DNA of 64,000 nucleotides, taken from Lama guanicoe. Lineage: Eukaryota. The stretch is taken from contig MU054001.1 of the NCBI GenBank assembly GCA_013239625.1, positions 7,336,174 through 7,400,173 on the forward strand, in the 5' to 3' direction. Below the pieces are notes generated by a model. It was not told the origin of the DNA and searched no databases. It was given only the letters and a program-made list of their open reading frames with translations. Positions 50,566-62,888 of this stretch are shown here, in pieces (position 1 is the first letter of the stretch; every line of letters begins with the position of its first letter). The position numbers were made by a program, and so were the translations under genes.

Positions 50566-50697
50566 TGGGCTGGCTGGCTGGCTGACTGGCTGATGGCTGG
50601 CTGGCTGGCTGGATCAATGAGTGGAAGGATGAGTGGATGGATGGATGAGTGTGTGGATGGATGGATGAGTGGAAGGATGAATGAATGGATGGATGAC
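50566..50697. repeat. Compound (GGCT)n-(GGAT)n microsatellite
   Basis: Read directly from the sequence. Confidence 0.9.
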
Positions 50698-52369
50698 TAA
50701 TTCTGTTTGAGAGATAATCACTTGTTAGATTAAGGATAAACTTGAGCAAAAGTTATAAATTAAAAAATGAAGTTAAAACACATTCTCATTTACTTTTGGT
50801 CAAGAGCTGAATTTGAAATAGGCAGTATTTCTTGACTTAAAAAAACAGCAAAATGAGAGATTGGACAAGAAAATCTAGGTCTAACAGTAGCTGAAGCTTA
50901 AACTTACTGTTTGCAACTAGGAAGAAATAAATGGTTACTTCTCTCTCAGTGAAATGAGAGGAAAATGTACAAAGGGACACCAAAATCATTTATGAACATT
51001 GCGGAGTGATTACACAAATTGCAGGGAGGACAGTAGTGCCCAGAGGTGCTGCAAAGCAGTCAAGTAAACCAAGTTCACTGCACAAATATGGGTTTTATTC
51101 CAAAGGGGAAACAGAAGGAGACAGTCACTGGCAGCTGAGTTTGCTATCTACCCCACATATAATAATGGAACCAATAATTCCAAAGGAAGCAAGAGTTGCA
51201 TCTTCTCATGGACACTCAGTGAGAGGGGATTAGGAAGATCCATTTTTGCCTGGCCAGTGTGATGTGATGTCTTTTCCTAAATGATCACCTCCTACTCCTT
51301 CATGTTCCACTCTCTAGCTCAGGGCTACTGCCCTCTCCTCCCCATATTTTTAGGGGAAAATTAAAACTGAGTGTAAGGTATAAATCTTTCATCCCATATT
51401 TCCACTATTACCTGTCTCTGCTCCAGTCCATAATGGAGAACATAATCTTTTCTCTCAGCTCTAGAAGGCTTTCAGCAGGCATCTTACCAGAAAATACCTC
51501 TTGGTTTATGGAGCAAAGAATCTCCTGTACCATAGTTTGAAAAGCATAGTGCTGTATGATGCACTAGGGTTTGTAGATTTCTAGGAGCTGCTGGCATCAC
51601 CAAAAAGGGAATGCTAAGCCAGAGCATGCCTTGGAAATTAGTGGGAACAAGAGAGAAATGGGTTTGCTTATTTCACACAACCATCTAAAGAGGGCACACT
51701 GAGGCTCTGAGTGAAAGGAAGAAAGGAGAGAGAAATGAAGTACCCCTCCCTCCCACCCCACACACAGCCTGGCAGTGATTGATTCTGGAAGTGCCACGTA
51801 AACATCTCTGCTTAAAACACATGCTGTCAAACTTGTTTTTCTGTGCCTTGAAAAATTCCATTAAATGCCATAAGCCATTCTGTCAAGAAAACTCTTGTTT
51901 TAAACTGCTGGATCCTTTGCCTTGCCTCTTTCTTCTTCAAAGTGTTAACCTTCTTCATGGGATGTTGACCAAAGGTTATAGAGGAAATGAATGCTCTAGT
52001 CAGTTAGTGCTATGATTGAATGTGCTATTTGGTGTTACACTAAGACACCTGTCTCAAATTCCAATGCCTACAGGGGGCCAGGCAGGCCACTTAAATGATG
52101 AAAGCAGGCCTGTTGGCAGTCTTGCTGAAGTGAACTGTCCTCATCCCACCTGAGAGCCTGGTCCTCAGTGCCAGATGACTGTTGACCTGCAAGTCTGCTG
52201 TTCCCAGACCGGCTGATCAGTTCCATCCAACTCAGAAACAACAACAAAGCTCAGAGAAACTTAAAGGTTAAGATGCCTGTTCCTGAAGCTGTTCAACTTG
52301 CAGTAATTATTACAGTAGCCAAGCTATGCTTTCTCCATCTTTTAGGGAATTGTTTTATTTTTCTCCTAT

Positions 52370-52850
52370 CCTGTGACTCTAAAATGTGATTTACCAGAAG
52401 CTGCTTTATCTTCCCTTACACAATAACTTCTCCAAGGAGGGCACCTAACCCAGCCTGAATGATCCTGGTGGATGAATGACCCACCCTACTGGCCACAGTG
52501 ATTGGTCCAGGGCATGGGCATGTGACCCAAGTTGGCCAATCAGTATCCTTTCCTGTTTCTTCTCTCTTTCTTTATTTACTTATTACAATTGGAGCTTATG
52601 GGCAAGAGCCTTCTTTTCATCATGAATCTAAAAGGATTTCAGCTAAGAAATAATTGGGGCCCCTGACTTCAGCCTTGGTGTAGAAGCCAGCCTGAAGGAA
52701 TGGAGCCCTGAGGGCAAATTGCCAGTCTCAGTTGTCTCAGAGAGCAGCTCCATTCCTGTTCAAGGATTGGTTTTATGAGGGAACAAACTCTCTTTTGCCT
52801 AGCTACTTTGAGTTGAGCTTCTGTCATTTGTACCTTGCAAGAAACCTGGC
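52370..52850 (+). mobile_element. MaLR LTR relic (MLT1J/K-like)
   Basis: 'ggccacagtgattggtccagggcatgggcatgtgacccaagttggccaatcag' and the terminal 'tttgagttgagcttctgtcatttg'. Confidence 0.65.
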
Positions 52851-52869
52851 ATATATGTGACCTCTTGGG

Positions 52870-53060
52870 CTAGACTACTTGGTTTCAGTTTGCATCTGAC
52901 ACTTGTTAGCTGTGTGATCTTGAGAAAGTTTATAAACTCTTTGACTGTTTCCCAATCTGTAAAATGGGAGCATAGGGTTGTGGGAGGTATTAAAATGGTC
53001 AATAGAAATAAAGCACCCAGAACATGTGTTGTTATCAAAATGTGATTAAGTGGCAAAAAA
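52870..53060 (+). mobile_element. MIR SINE relic
   Basis: 'acttgttagctgtgtgatcttgagaaagtt...ctgtttcccaatctgtaaaatggg'. Confidence 0.7.
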
Positions 53061-53877
53061 TGATTAAAAACCCCAGAGGGAGGGACCCAATCTGTCTGCA
53101 GTCAGACCCAAACTGTCTCTACATCTTCTAGAAATATTGGAAAGCTGAAAGGTGACTCTTCTTTTATCAGGTTCTCACTTTTTGGAGAATAATAACAACA
53201 CAAGAAAAATGTTTCTCTTCCTTTTTCCCAAAGAGAAAGAAGAAAAGAAGTTTATAAAATCAAAGTCATGTTACATCAAGAAATGAGAAGACACATTAGA
53301 CAGGAACTCTAGAACAAGGTGAAATTCACTAATATTTTGAGAGGGTTGGAAAGTTGAAGAGATAGTAGAGTCACTAGAAGACATTTAAACACCCACCACA
53401 GAGAAAAATTACTAATGGGTGAGTGTAGGTATAATTTAATGCTTGTGTTTATGAGAAAATCCAGGAAATGACAGGCCTGTAATTTTGACTTCAGTAGAGG
53501 AGGTAATGGAAGTGCCGTTCAGGCTTAGAGCAGCAGAGTGCTATGAAAGTTATTATTTGATTAGGAACTGTAAGCACAGATTCAAACAAGGAAAACATTC
53601 TTGTTTTGCAGGCAGTGGGTTCATTGGCATCCTGAAGGAATGAAGAGACAGCAGTGAAGTGAACTACCAACTTCTCCAAGAGGGCCTATCTGAAATGCAG
53701 CCCAGAGTCAGAATCCAGGGCCATGGGTCTGAGAAACATTTTCTGTGAGCTGGCTTTACCTTTGATAGCCCTCAGTGCCAGTCTCAGCAGAAATTCATCT
53801 GGAAGCATATGAAGGAGAAGAACAAAGTTGAGCAGTTATTTTCATGTTTTAGGCACTGAGAAAGGAATTGGTTAAAC

Positions 53878-54190
53878 TTTTTTTGGTGGGAGGGAGGAAT
53901 TTAGGTTTATTTATTTGTTTATTTATTTGTAAAATTTTTATTCATTCCTTTTTTTGTTTGTTTGTTTGTTTTTTGGTGGGGAGGAGGGAGGTTCTTGTTT
54001 ATTTGTTTGTTTTTGGAGGAGGTACTGGGGTTTGAGCTCGGGACCTCATGCATGCTAAACATGCACTCTACAACTTGAGCTATACCCTCCCTGCTATTAG
54101 ATTTATTTGTTTACTGGAGGTACTGGGGCTTGAACCCAGGACCTCACACATGCTAAGCACACACTTTACCACTGAGCTATCCACTCCCCC
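53878..54190 (-). mobile_element. tRNA-Ala-derived SINE (vic-1-like), outer copy
   Basis: Minus strand ggggagtggatagctcagtggtaaagtgtgtgcttagcatgtgtgaggtcctgggttcaagccccagtacctcc carries A and B boxes. Its tail aaataaacctaaattcctccctcccacc-An lies beyond the inner copy. Confidence 0.8.
53925..54091 (-). mobile_element. tRNA-Ala-derived SINE (vic-1-like), inner nested copy
   Basis: Minus strand gggagggtatagctcaagttgtagagtgcatgtttagcatgcatgaggtcccgagctcaaaccccagtacctcc, then an A-rich linker, a C-rich block and an (aaac)n tail. Confidence 0.8.
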
Positions 54191-57100
54191 ATGAAAGGAC
54201 TGCAGTTTTGATCGGGGAATCAGCTTTGTGAAAGTCTAATGATAAAACATCAGGTTGAGGCTACAGGGTCAGGGCATGGGGCTACCTCTTCTTGGAGACT
54301 CTCAGGAAGGCATGTGGCAGCTATCTGAAGACAATGCCAGAAGAGTGAGTGAGGCGGGTCCATTTAGGGTGATTTTATGGCTGTTAATGCTCACCTCCAG
54401 TGCCTCCACAACACAACATATCACGGTGAGTTATACTAACATTGACAGACTGTCAAGGAAAGTTCCAACACTAAAACTCCTTTAAAGACAAATGAAGATT
54501 TCATGCAGAGTTCATGATGCCTGGGGAGCCCTCTCTGTTAAAATGATGGGAGAAGGTAGGTTAAAAGACGAGGGAAGCTAATGGCTCTGCTTGGCATCAC
54601 TATTCTTCCAAGGGTAGATAGCAGCCTTAAAACTATGGAAGATCAGGAAAAGAATGGCTGGTCAGTCCCAACATTTATGTCATTCTCTCTTATCTGAAAA
54701 GTTTGGGAAAAGAAAGTAAATGAGAGACTGACTTGAAGACTCCATGGAGACTGCACTCCAAGGTCAGTCTAATAACTGGCCCTAAGACAACTTGATCTGG
54801 TCACAAACCCCAGGGACCCATGACCACAATCCATTTCTAGATTGTCACAGGGGACACAATCTCAATTCGGGGAGCATTGAGTATCTGAAAGCTCATACTT
54901 TGTCAGTGTGTTCCCCAGGTTACACCCTTAGGGGTGGCCAAGTGCAGAGAAGTAGACTTATTTGAGCCAGGTGACCACAGATTCCTGTCCCAACTCCAGT
55001 TCTCATTCAGGTGACCTTAATGTTGACAAAGTTGATGGCCAAGTTACTTTTCCTGCCTAATCCAGTTTCCTTTACTATAAATTTGAGAGAATGAAGAGTG
55101 GTTGGCTTCTAACGTCTCCTTCAGCATTAACATTCTATAAAATAAGTTCTTTCTATGATAGAAAGAGAAGCTGCAGTATGAATTATTTGCAAATGTGTTT
55201 TGGGAGAGGCAAATTTAATAATGAACAAGATTCTGACTGAGAAGGCCAGCCAGAGCACGGCCAGCCTCAGAATTGCTAGAAACCAGTAAGGAGAGCTAAA
55301 ACATGTTTTAGGGGACATGGTGGCAGAGAGAAGTGAGGATCCTTGAAAAGCAATGTGACAAAGAGGAATTAAGGAAAACTGGGAGCGGAGTCAGTGTGGA
55401 GATCATGTAGCTTCTACACCAAGCTCTTCTCTGAGGTTCAGTCTTCAAAGTCAGCTTTTAGATTCACCTCCTTGGAGCTTTCCCAGGCTGGTAAGTTTTC
55501 TGGACAGGTCATTCCTCTCCCATAAACCATCAGTGGTTCTTCACAGCCTAGAAAGTAGAGTTTAAAATTCACATCCCATCTCCAAAACTTTTTTTCCCAC
55601 CTACATTTCCAGACCACTCTCTAACCTGACTCTAGCAAGGGCTAAATGTTTTCCAGAATATTCCTGAACATTCTCTCACTGTTTTCACTCTCCAGAAAGC
55701 CCTTAAGCACCCTCTCTGCTGACAGAAATACCCCCTTCTTTCAAGATCTATGACATCATTCCTGACCCCAGGAGTATTTTATCCATCAGGCCCTAAAGGA
55801 TTTTCATGAGTCTATGACAGTGTTTGAGACCTGCAGTGGGGGCTCATGTCAGAGATAAACGATGAGGTCCAAAGTATGAAAACTGAAAAATCAAAATAAT
55901 ATTTAAAAACAAATTTTGACAACAAAATATTATATTTAATATGGGAACTGGGTGCATTTTTATATGATTGCCATGTCTTGGGTGGGGTCTTCAAAGGAAA
56001 GAGTGCTTGGATCTCCTAGATGTCTCACAGGGAGGACTCCTGAAACCCACACTCGGAGTGTGTTTCTCCTCCTCCTCCTCTTCACACCCAGCACAGGGTC
56101 CTGCAGAGCGCTGGGGTTTAATATGTATTTGCTGAGCAAATAAGTGATCACAAGGCTTGGGACTCGATGTCACTGTGAAAATCAGACTTTGGGTTGCACA
56201 AAATAAACTTTATCCATTGCTAATAATGTGACACTATTTCCCCTCTTCCAGCTGGTTGAGGGAGGGAATCTAAGAATCAGCTATGCAGAGACTAATGGGA
56301 TCATTTTACTGAAAGTGATCACAGCAGTAGCAAATTATATCTGTATGGTAGATCTCTAGCATTAATGAATTTTTTTGTCAAATTTGCCTGAAAATTATTG
56401 TCTTAACTCTAAAATGATGTATCCAACTATTTGTTAATGCAAGAATGTCAGATACAATGGAAATTCATAATGAAACATCAACTGAGAGCAAGATGAATGC
56501 CTACTATCTCGTGCTTTTAGTTTTCCTTTATCAAATAAAATTAGTCTTCTCATAAATTGATTTTAAAAAATCCTTTACAAGAAGAGAAATTCAGACAAAC
56601 GGGATGCTAGAGAAGCCTAAGCATTGCTGATCAGAGATTTGAAACCATCATTACAGAAAAAGGAAATTTTTTTTTTGAAAATTTCAAATTTGCTTCAGAG
56701 ATCCAAGCTACAAAGGTCGGGTTTGAGAAATGTGTTCAAAAGCATGCTATCTCATGGGCTCAGCTGTGGAATTTAAGGTGATATTGTCAGTGACATTTTG
56801 ACCTGACCCACACATACACTGAGTACTGGCATGGCTGGCCTGTGTCCATACAGAGAGTATGTCATCTTTACAAGCAGACTCTAAGCTTCTTGAGGGTAGG
56901 GACTGTCTCTTTCCACTCAGACTGTCTTTACTCCCTCGCACAACTGGTGCCTACATATTTATGACTACTTGGCTAATAAACACACACGACCCATCTGCCA
57001 TTAAAAAAAAACACCAAACCTTCATGCAGTGCTCTTAGAAAAGTAGCAAGCTATAAAATCTGGGAAGGCCGTGGAAAAGTGAGTAGATTTATAAAGTAGC

Positions 57101-57469
57101 CTTTGTCTTTAGTAATTCATGCAGGCAGAAAACTACAGTTGGAGGGCAGTGCTCACTCCCAGTGCTCTGGGTAAGTTTCTGTGTTGGAAAATGGGATTTA
57201 TGTATTGGCCGATTACATCAAATCAGATATAGCTGTTCAGTTTCAGAGATGGGATTTGACCTGTGGAATACTTACATCAAAGAAATGATGAGCCAGCATG
57301 TAATAGACATCTGGTATATTATTTTACAAATCAAGAATATATCCAATATTATCCTGGAAGCACAATGTGTTTTTATTCCTTGACCAAATAGTCATTGAAA
57401 CCAATAGTCGTTGAAGCCCAGATTGATGAAGGGACACAGTAGATTATATTATTCTTAAAAAATACTTTC

Positions 57470-57787
57470 ACCCACCAACCTCAGCAGAGCTCCATGGGAG
57501 GAGTGAATAGCCCTGTCCCTCGGCTTTGAGCTGGGCCATGTGACTTGCCTTGGCCCATGAGACATTACCAGATGGAATGACCAGCAGAGTCTTGAAGTCT
57601 ATTTGCGTGATTGGTATTACTCACTCATCTTCTGCTGTTGACGTGAGAAGAACTTGCCCTGGGTGGTCAATGGCCCTTCAGTCTGGGCCCTGACCTGAGA
57701 TCTGAGAAGCAGAAGGGCCCTGGAGATCTGCACACATCTCAGTGAGTGTCTGTTTAGAGGTATTCTGTGATGCAGCAATAACTGACT
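57470..57787 (+). mobile_element. MaLR LTR relic (MLT1H/I-like)
   Basis: 'tttgagctgggccatgtgacttgccttggcccatg' and the terminal 'gtgatgcagcaataactgact'. Confidence 0.6.
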
Positions 57788-58077
57788 TTTGCAGGTGTTC
57801 TATGTGTCCAAGGTCAAACAGCTTGTGGGTGTTTTATGTGTGTGTACCAGGAAATGTGAGGATTCACAGCATCTCAGTGCTCCATCTCACAGAGGAAGGA
57901 GGGACACCTGGAATGTAGCTTTCCCCTCATGATCCTTTTGGGGAAAAGACTTCTAGTGGGGAGTGTGCCTGTATCCAAGGCACAATTTATTGAGCCCTTA
58001 TTATGTGCCTCACTCTGTGCAGTCCCTGGAAATGCTGTGGCAAATGAAACACTGCTTGTAGAGACATTAGCCTAGAG

Positions 58078-58358
58078 CAGCTCTGTCCAAAGAGACATAA
58101 TATGAGCCATGCAGGTAACTTCAAATTTTCTAGTAGCTGGATTTAAAAAGTATCAACAGACTGGTGAAATTAATTTTAATATATTTATTTTATTTAACCC
58201 AATATACTCTAAATCTTATCATTTCAATCTGTCATTGAGATTTCTACATTCTTTTATTCACACTAACCCTTTCAAATCTGGGTTACTTTACACTTAGCAC
58301 ACCTCAGTTTGGATGGCCACAGTTCAAGTGCTAGTGTCTCCTACCAAGGACAGTGCAA
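58078..58358. mobile_element. MER33-like hAT DNA transposon
   Basis: Termini cagctctgtcc / ggacagtgca. 8-bp hAT-type TSD gcctagag (58070-58077) / gtctagag (58359-58366). Confidence 0.75.
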
Positions 58359-58709
58359 GTCTAGAGAAATCAGAGAGCAGTGGGAGATGATGGGTACCTG
58401 TCTTTGAAGGGGAATGATGAGGACAGGAAGGCCACTGACATCAGAGATTCCCCAGGAGGAGGCAGGTAAAGCTGGGCCTCGGAGGTGGGAGGATGAGAGA
58501 GATGGCAGAGGCACCAGCAGCAGAAGTCAGCTCAGCCGTGTGGATGGGGGAATATGGGAGGAGAGGGTAGGTCAGAGATGCTGGAGAAATTCTAACTCTG
58601 GAGCCACACAAGGCATCCCAGCCACAGAAGCATTCTGAAGAGTGTAAACCCAGCTGGGAGTACCACAGGCCCAAATACATGGTTTGGCTTTTAAATGTGG
58701 ATTCACTTT

Positions 58710-59720
58710 TTGTTCATGGACAAATATATATTGAACACCTACTATGTGCCAGGAACTGTGAATATAGTGGTGTATAAGATAGGCCTTTCTGCATGTAAAT
58801 CACATTATACTGGTGAAGAGGTAGACAGTGAACACACAAGTAAAAAATACTAATAAATAAATAAAATTAAAGATAAATAAAATAGACAATAAACAAGTAA
58901 ATGAAGAAGACAGTTTCAGACAATGATAAATGCATGATAGGGTGGGGAAGTAACGAGGTGAAATGATGGGCAGAGTTCAGGTGGGTGGTGAGCAGGACAT
59001 TCTCCATTGGCCTGTGCAGACCCATTCTCCACCCTGCCCTGTGTGCCAGGAGGCTGACCTCTGTGAAGTGGAGCAGTGAGCACATCCTCTGGCTTCCTGT
59101 TGTTTCTGGACAATGGAGAACACCAACAGGACACTGAAGAGTGGGAGGGAGAGGTTAATACAGGGCCCACCCCTGTCCCAGCTGGGACCATGGCTTGGGC
59201 ATTGGTTGAGTTTCTGTATCCCTGGCCTCAGCTCTTGCCAAACACTGTGAACACCATTTCTCCTCTTGGCCCTCTGAGCTGTGGATTGGTAATGGCTACT
59301 CCCCAGGGCTTCCTCTTCCTGCTTGGTTCCCACAAGCCCATCTGCACCTCTGTAAAATGCGTCTTCATCAAATTCTCTTCAGCCGCCCCTCCAAGTGGTC
59401 CCACCACTTCATATGTGATCAGGGAGCACTCTTTGAGCTTCAGCTTAAAGGACAAGTAGTCAGCCAAGGTGAAATCTGGGCAAAGATGCTCCAGGCAGAG
59501 GGGACCCAGGAGCAAAGGGCTTACAGAGAACAAACTGGGTGTGTCGCAGGAACAAGAAAAAAGCCAGAGGGGGCCGACATCAGCAAGAGACAAGACAGTG
59601 GGAAAATGGTCAGATCACACAGGGGCTCCTGTGCTGGCAGAGAATCCTGATTTATTCTAAGTCCAGTGGGAACCATTGGAGGGTCTGGAGCTGAAGACTA
59701 ACATGTCTAATTGATACTTT
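58710..59720 (-). mobile_element. LINE-2 fragment split by an LTR16-like relic (~58975-59400)
   Basis: 'caaatatatattgaacacctactatgtgccagg' is an antisense L2 end, and L2 resumes at 'cagggagcactctttgagcttcagc...gggaaccattggagggt'. The insert has the LTR16-like 'ggaggctgacctctgtg...cctctggcttcc'. Confidence 0.55.
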
Positions 59721-60224
59721 TAAAATATGTGGCCTGTGCCAAAAAGAAGAAACCAAATAGCAAAGCCAAACCAAAACCAAACCCCAAAAGGATGGGGACA
59801 TATTAAGTCACAGAAGCCCACTTGAAAGAGCTCCTAATGGATGAACTAAAACATTTTCAGGGACATAATAAATAATAATTGTGTTAGATTTTAACCCAAA
59901 GAGGAAAATTCATATTCATGAGTCCATACTGATGTAAATAAATGATGGAATAAATAAATAACTGGAGGGGAAAGGCTAACTCTTCCTTACAGAAGGAATG
60001 CAGGAAATAGAAAATCACCATTAGAGCACCACAATAATCATCGCTACAGGCAAAATCCACCCGGTGAAGGCTAAAATTAGTGGGGAAAATTTAAGGTGAA
60101 ATGAGATATTTGCGCAGCCCCAAAGTATCTCCCTTCAAATATTAATTACTGTGATGGCCTTCCTCCAGGAGGGAAAGCTTATCTCCCACCCTCTTGAGTG
60201 TAGCCTGGATTCTGTGACTCACTT

Positions 60225-61530
60225 TTTTTTTTTAATTGAACTATAGTCAGTTACAATGTGTCAATTTCTGGTGTACAGCCTCATGTCCCAGTCATGCATA
60301 TAGATACATATATTTATTTTCATATTCTTTTTTATTAAAGGTTATTACAAGATATTGAATATAGTTCTTTGCACTGTTACTGTGAAGTGTTACAGCAGAG
60401 TGTTACAGCAACAAGGATCCTGGTGAGAGATCAAGAGATACTCAGAGGATTGGAAAGCCCTGCAGGTTTATTATGCTGGCAGACCCAGACGAGTTAACAC
60501 TTTAAGCTTTGGACCCCGTTTGTAGGTTTACACAGGGTTTTATAGGTAACTAGTGAAGATTTTGCAACATCATATGCAAATGAGATGTTAGAAATGGACC
60601 AATCAGGAGTAAGCTTTATGCAAAATAGTTGTTAGAAAAGGACCAACCAGGAGTGAGCTTTGGGAACCAATAGAATCTTAAGGGTAAGTTCTGTTCTCCT
60701 AGAAACAAGCCGTCTTACAGAAGCACAAAAGCAAAATAATACCACCAAGCCAGGGAAATGGATGGCACTGGCAGGAGAGCAGTGGCCCTGCCTGGGGGTC
60801 CTGCCAGTCTTTTCATGGGGCTTCCCACCTCAGTACTATACAGAAGAAATTTATCTGTTTTCATATATAGTGATTAACATCTGCAAATTTCAAACATCCA
60901 AACTTATCCCTTCCCACCCTCTTTCTCCCGGTAACCATAAGACTGTTTACTATAGTCTGTGAGTTTGTTTCTGTTTTGTAGATGAGTTCATTAGTGTCCT
61001 CTTTTTTCTTTTTCTTTTTCTTTTTTTAAGATTCCACATACGAGTGATATCAGATGATATTTTTCTTTCTCTTTCTGACTTACTTCACTTAGAATGACAA
61101 TCTCCAGACCCATTCATGTTGCTGCAAATGGCATTATTTTATTTTTTATTGCTGAGTAGTATTCCATTTTATAAATATACCACAACTCACACCAGTCAGG
61201 ATGGCCATTATTAAAAAGTCCACAAATTGTAAATGCTGGAGAGGGTGTGTTGAAAATGGAACCCTCCTACACTGTTCGTAGGAAAGCAGTTTCATGCAGC
61301 CATTATGGAAAACAGTATGGAGATTCCTTAAAAAACTAAAAATAGATTTACCATATAATCCAGAAATCCCACTCCTGGGCATATATCCAGAGGGAAACTT
61401 AATTCAAAAAGATACATGTACCCAATTTTCATAGCAGTGCTATTTACAATAGCCAAGAAGAAAATGTAAATAAATGATGGAAAATGGAAACAACCTAATT
61501 GTCCATCAACAGATGACTGGATAAAGAAGT
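60225..61530 (-). mobile_element. 5'-inverted (twin-primed) L1: minus 60225-61187, inverted plus 61186-61530
   Basis: Perfect 12-bp TSD tgtgactcactt at 60213-60224 and 61531-61542. Poly-T at the left end. Strand switch at taccacaact|cacaccagtc. Confidence 0.9.
60375..60832 (-). mobile_element. ERV1-type solo LTR (458 bp) inside an L1 3'UTR
   Basis: TG...CA termini, 4-bp TSD gcac/gtac, and L1 continuous across it. Minus-strand TATA (ttttata 60538-60544) and AATAAA (tttatt 60467-60472). Confidence 0.85.
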
Positions 61531-61971
61531 TGTGACTCACTTCTAATACATAGAATATGGAAAGGGGTAAACAGTAACTTTAGGGTGGAGAAACACTATT
61601 GACATGACTTTAACCAATTGATGAAAGTTAGCATCACCAGCAAGATTGGTCTCACCTACCCCCCTGAAATGATGGGATTAGAAGGGCTCCTTGTCTTTGT
61701 GGTGCACTCCCTCAAATCTGTGACCTCAATATAGCACAAGAAATCATCAGCCAAATTCAAACAGCCTGCCAAATAACTGATCCGTACTCTTCAAAAATGA
61801 CACGGTTATGCAGGACAAGAAAAGGCTGAGGAACTGTCACAGATTACAGAGAAGATGGAGGAGCCATGGTGAGTATATGCCATGGGATGGTCCTGAACTG
61901 GACCCTGGAACAGAGAAAGGAAGTCTGTAGTTTAGTTAATAGTATTACATCAATGTTAATTTATTAGCTTT

Positions 61972-62888
61972 TGTTTGTTTGTTTTTGTTTTGTTTTGTTT
62001 TACTTGCTGCAAAAAGCTTTATTGTTTCCATTTGGTCCAAGGCTTGGGAGAGGGCTCCAGGATGGTTATAAAGCTGCCTAGTCACTGCAGAGAGAGGCTT
62101 CAGGCAGAAGTCCCAACACCAGGGGTCTCCACAAAGGCCGCTGGGTTGCAGAGGCTCCTAGTTGTGCTTGAAGGTGGGCCTTTCCAAGAGGTACGCGCCC
62201 AGCCCAGCCTGGGGACCATCCAGCCTGCGGAGATGAGTCAGATGATCGCCCATCTTCCTGACACGTTTCACCTCCTTATCCAGGAAGTGGTTCTCCAGGA
62301 AGTCACAGAGATGTGGGTCTGCATGCATAGAACCCAGGGTATGCAGATCCAAAAGGGCCTGGTTTAGGTTCTTATCCATGATAGTGGCAGCTTCCATAGC
62401 ATCCTGGTTTTTACATGTCTCATCTCGAGATGGCATCTGCACATTTTGGAAGAGGGCACAGCTGCTGTGATGGTTTTGCATTTTCAAGAGACGCTAGGTA
62501 TCCTCACACTTCTTCTCAGCCAATTCATGCAGAAAGTGGCCCAAGCGCTCCAGAGCCACATCATCATGGTGGAAATAGAAGCCCAGAGACAGGTAGGTGT
62601 CAGAATCCTGCAGATGCACATTGACAGGTGATTGACGGCAGCCTCCACCTCGGTGGAATAATTCTGACAAATCTGGGAGCTCATGATTGATGAGTAATAA
62701 GGAGTTAAGCTCAAAAGATTGTGTTTGCTGGTCCCAGAGGCCAAGGATAGCAGAGTAGCTGGTTCTGAAGGTTGTGATTGGAAAAAAGTTGAAGGGGGGT
62801 CAGAGGCTGGAGCAAGGAGCATTCCTGGGTCTGTTCTGGCCAAACACTTTTGAAGCAACAGATCCATGGGATCGCTGAACACACTGCC
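61972..62888 (-). pseudogene. FTL: Processed ferritin light chain pseudogene
   Basis: Intronless 5'UTR, CDS (ATG 62684 to TAG 62158) and 3'UTR, with AATAAA (62018-62023), a degraded poly-A and a degenerate TSD. Translates as [18 protein letters not shown]...NQALLDLH...[13 protein letters not shown]...KMGDHLT. 1-nt deletion at ~62624 and an in-frame TAG at 62494-62496. Confidence 0.95.
62826..62864 (-). promoter_or_regulatory. Degenerate iron-responsive element of the FTL 5'UTR
   Basis: Minus strand tctgttgcttcaa-AAGTGT-ttggccagaacaga, against canonical ...ttgcttcaa-CAGTGT-ttggacggaacaga. Confidence 0.8.

Noticed and set aside
50509..50749. Trp/Met-rich and His/Pro/Ser-rich ORFs
   Set aside because: Translations of the GGCT/GGAT microsatellite.
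54015..54190. Two tRNA-Ala genes
   Set aside because: They carry SINE-type A-rich and C-rich tails and have degenerate stems, so they are SINE heads.
56126..56142. Palindrome tatttgctgagcaaata (forkhead/MARE-like)
   Set aside because: It lies in what looks like a decayed L2 terminus. A single short palindrome is not evidence of function.
62158..62882. Functional FTL retrogene or N-terminally extended ferritin
   Set aside because: 1-nt frameshift near codon 20, an in-frame stop at 62494-62496 and many non-conservative substitutions.
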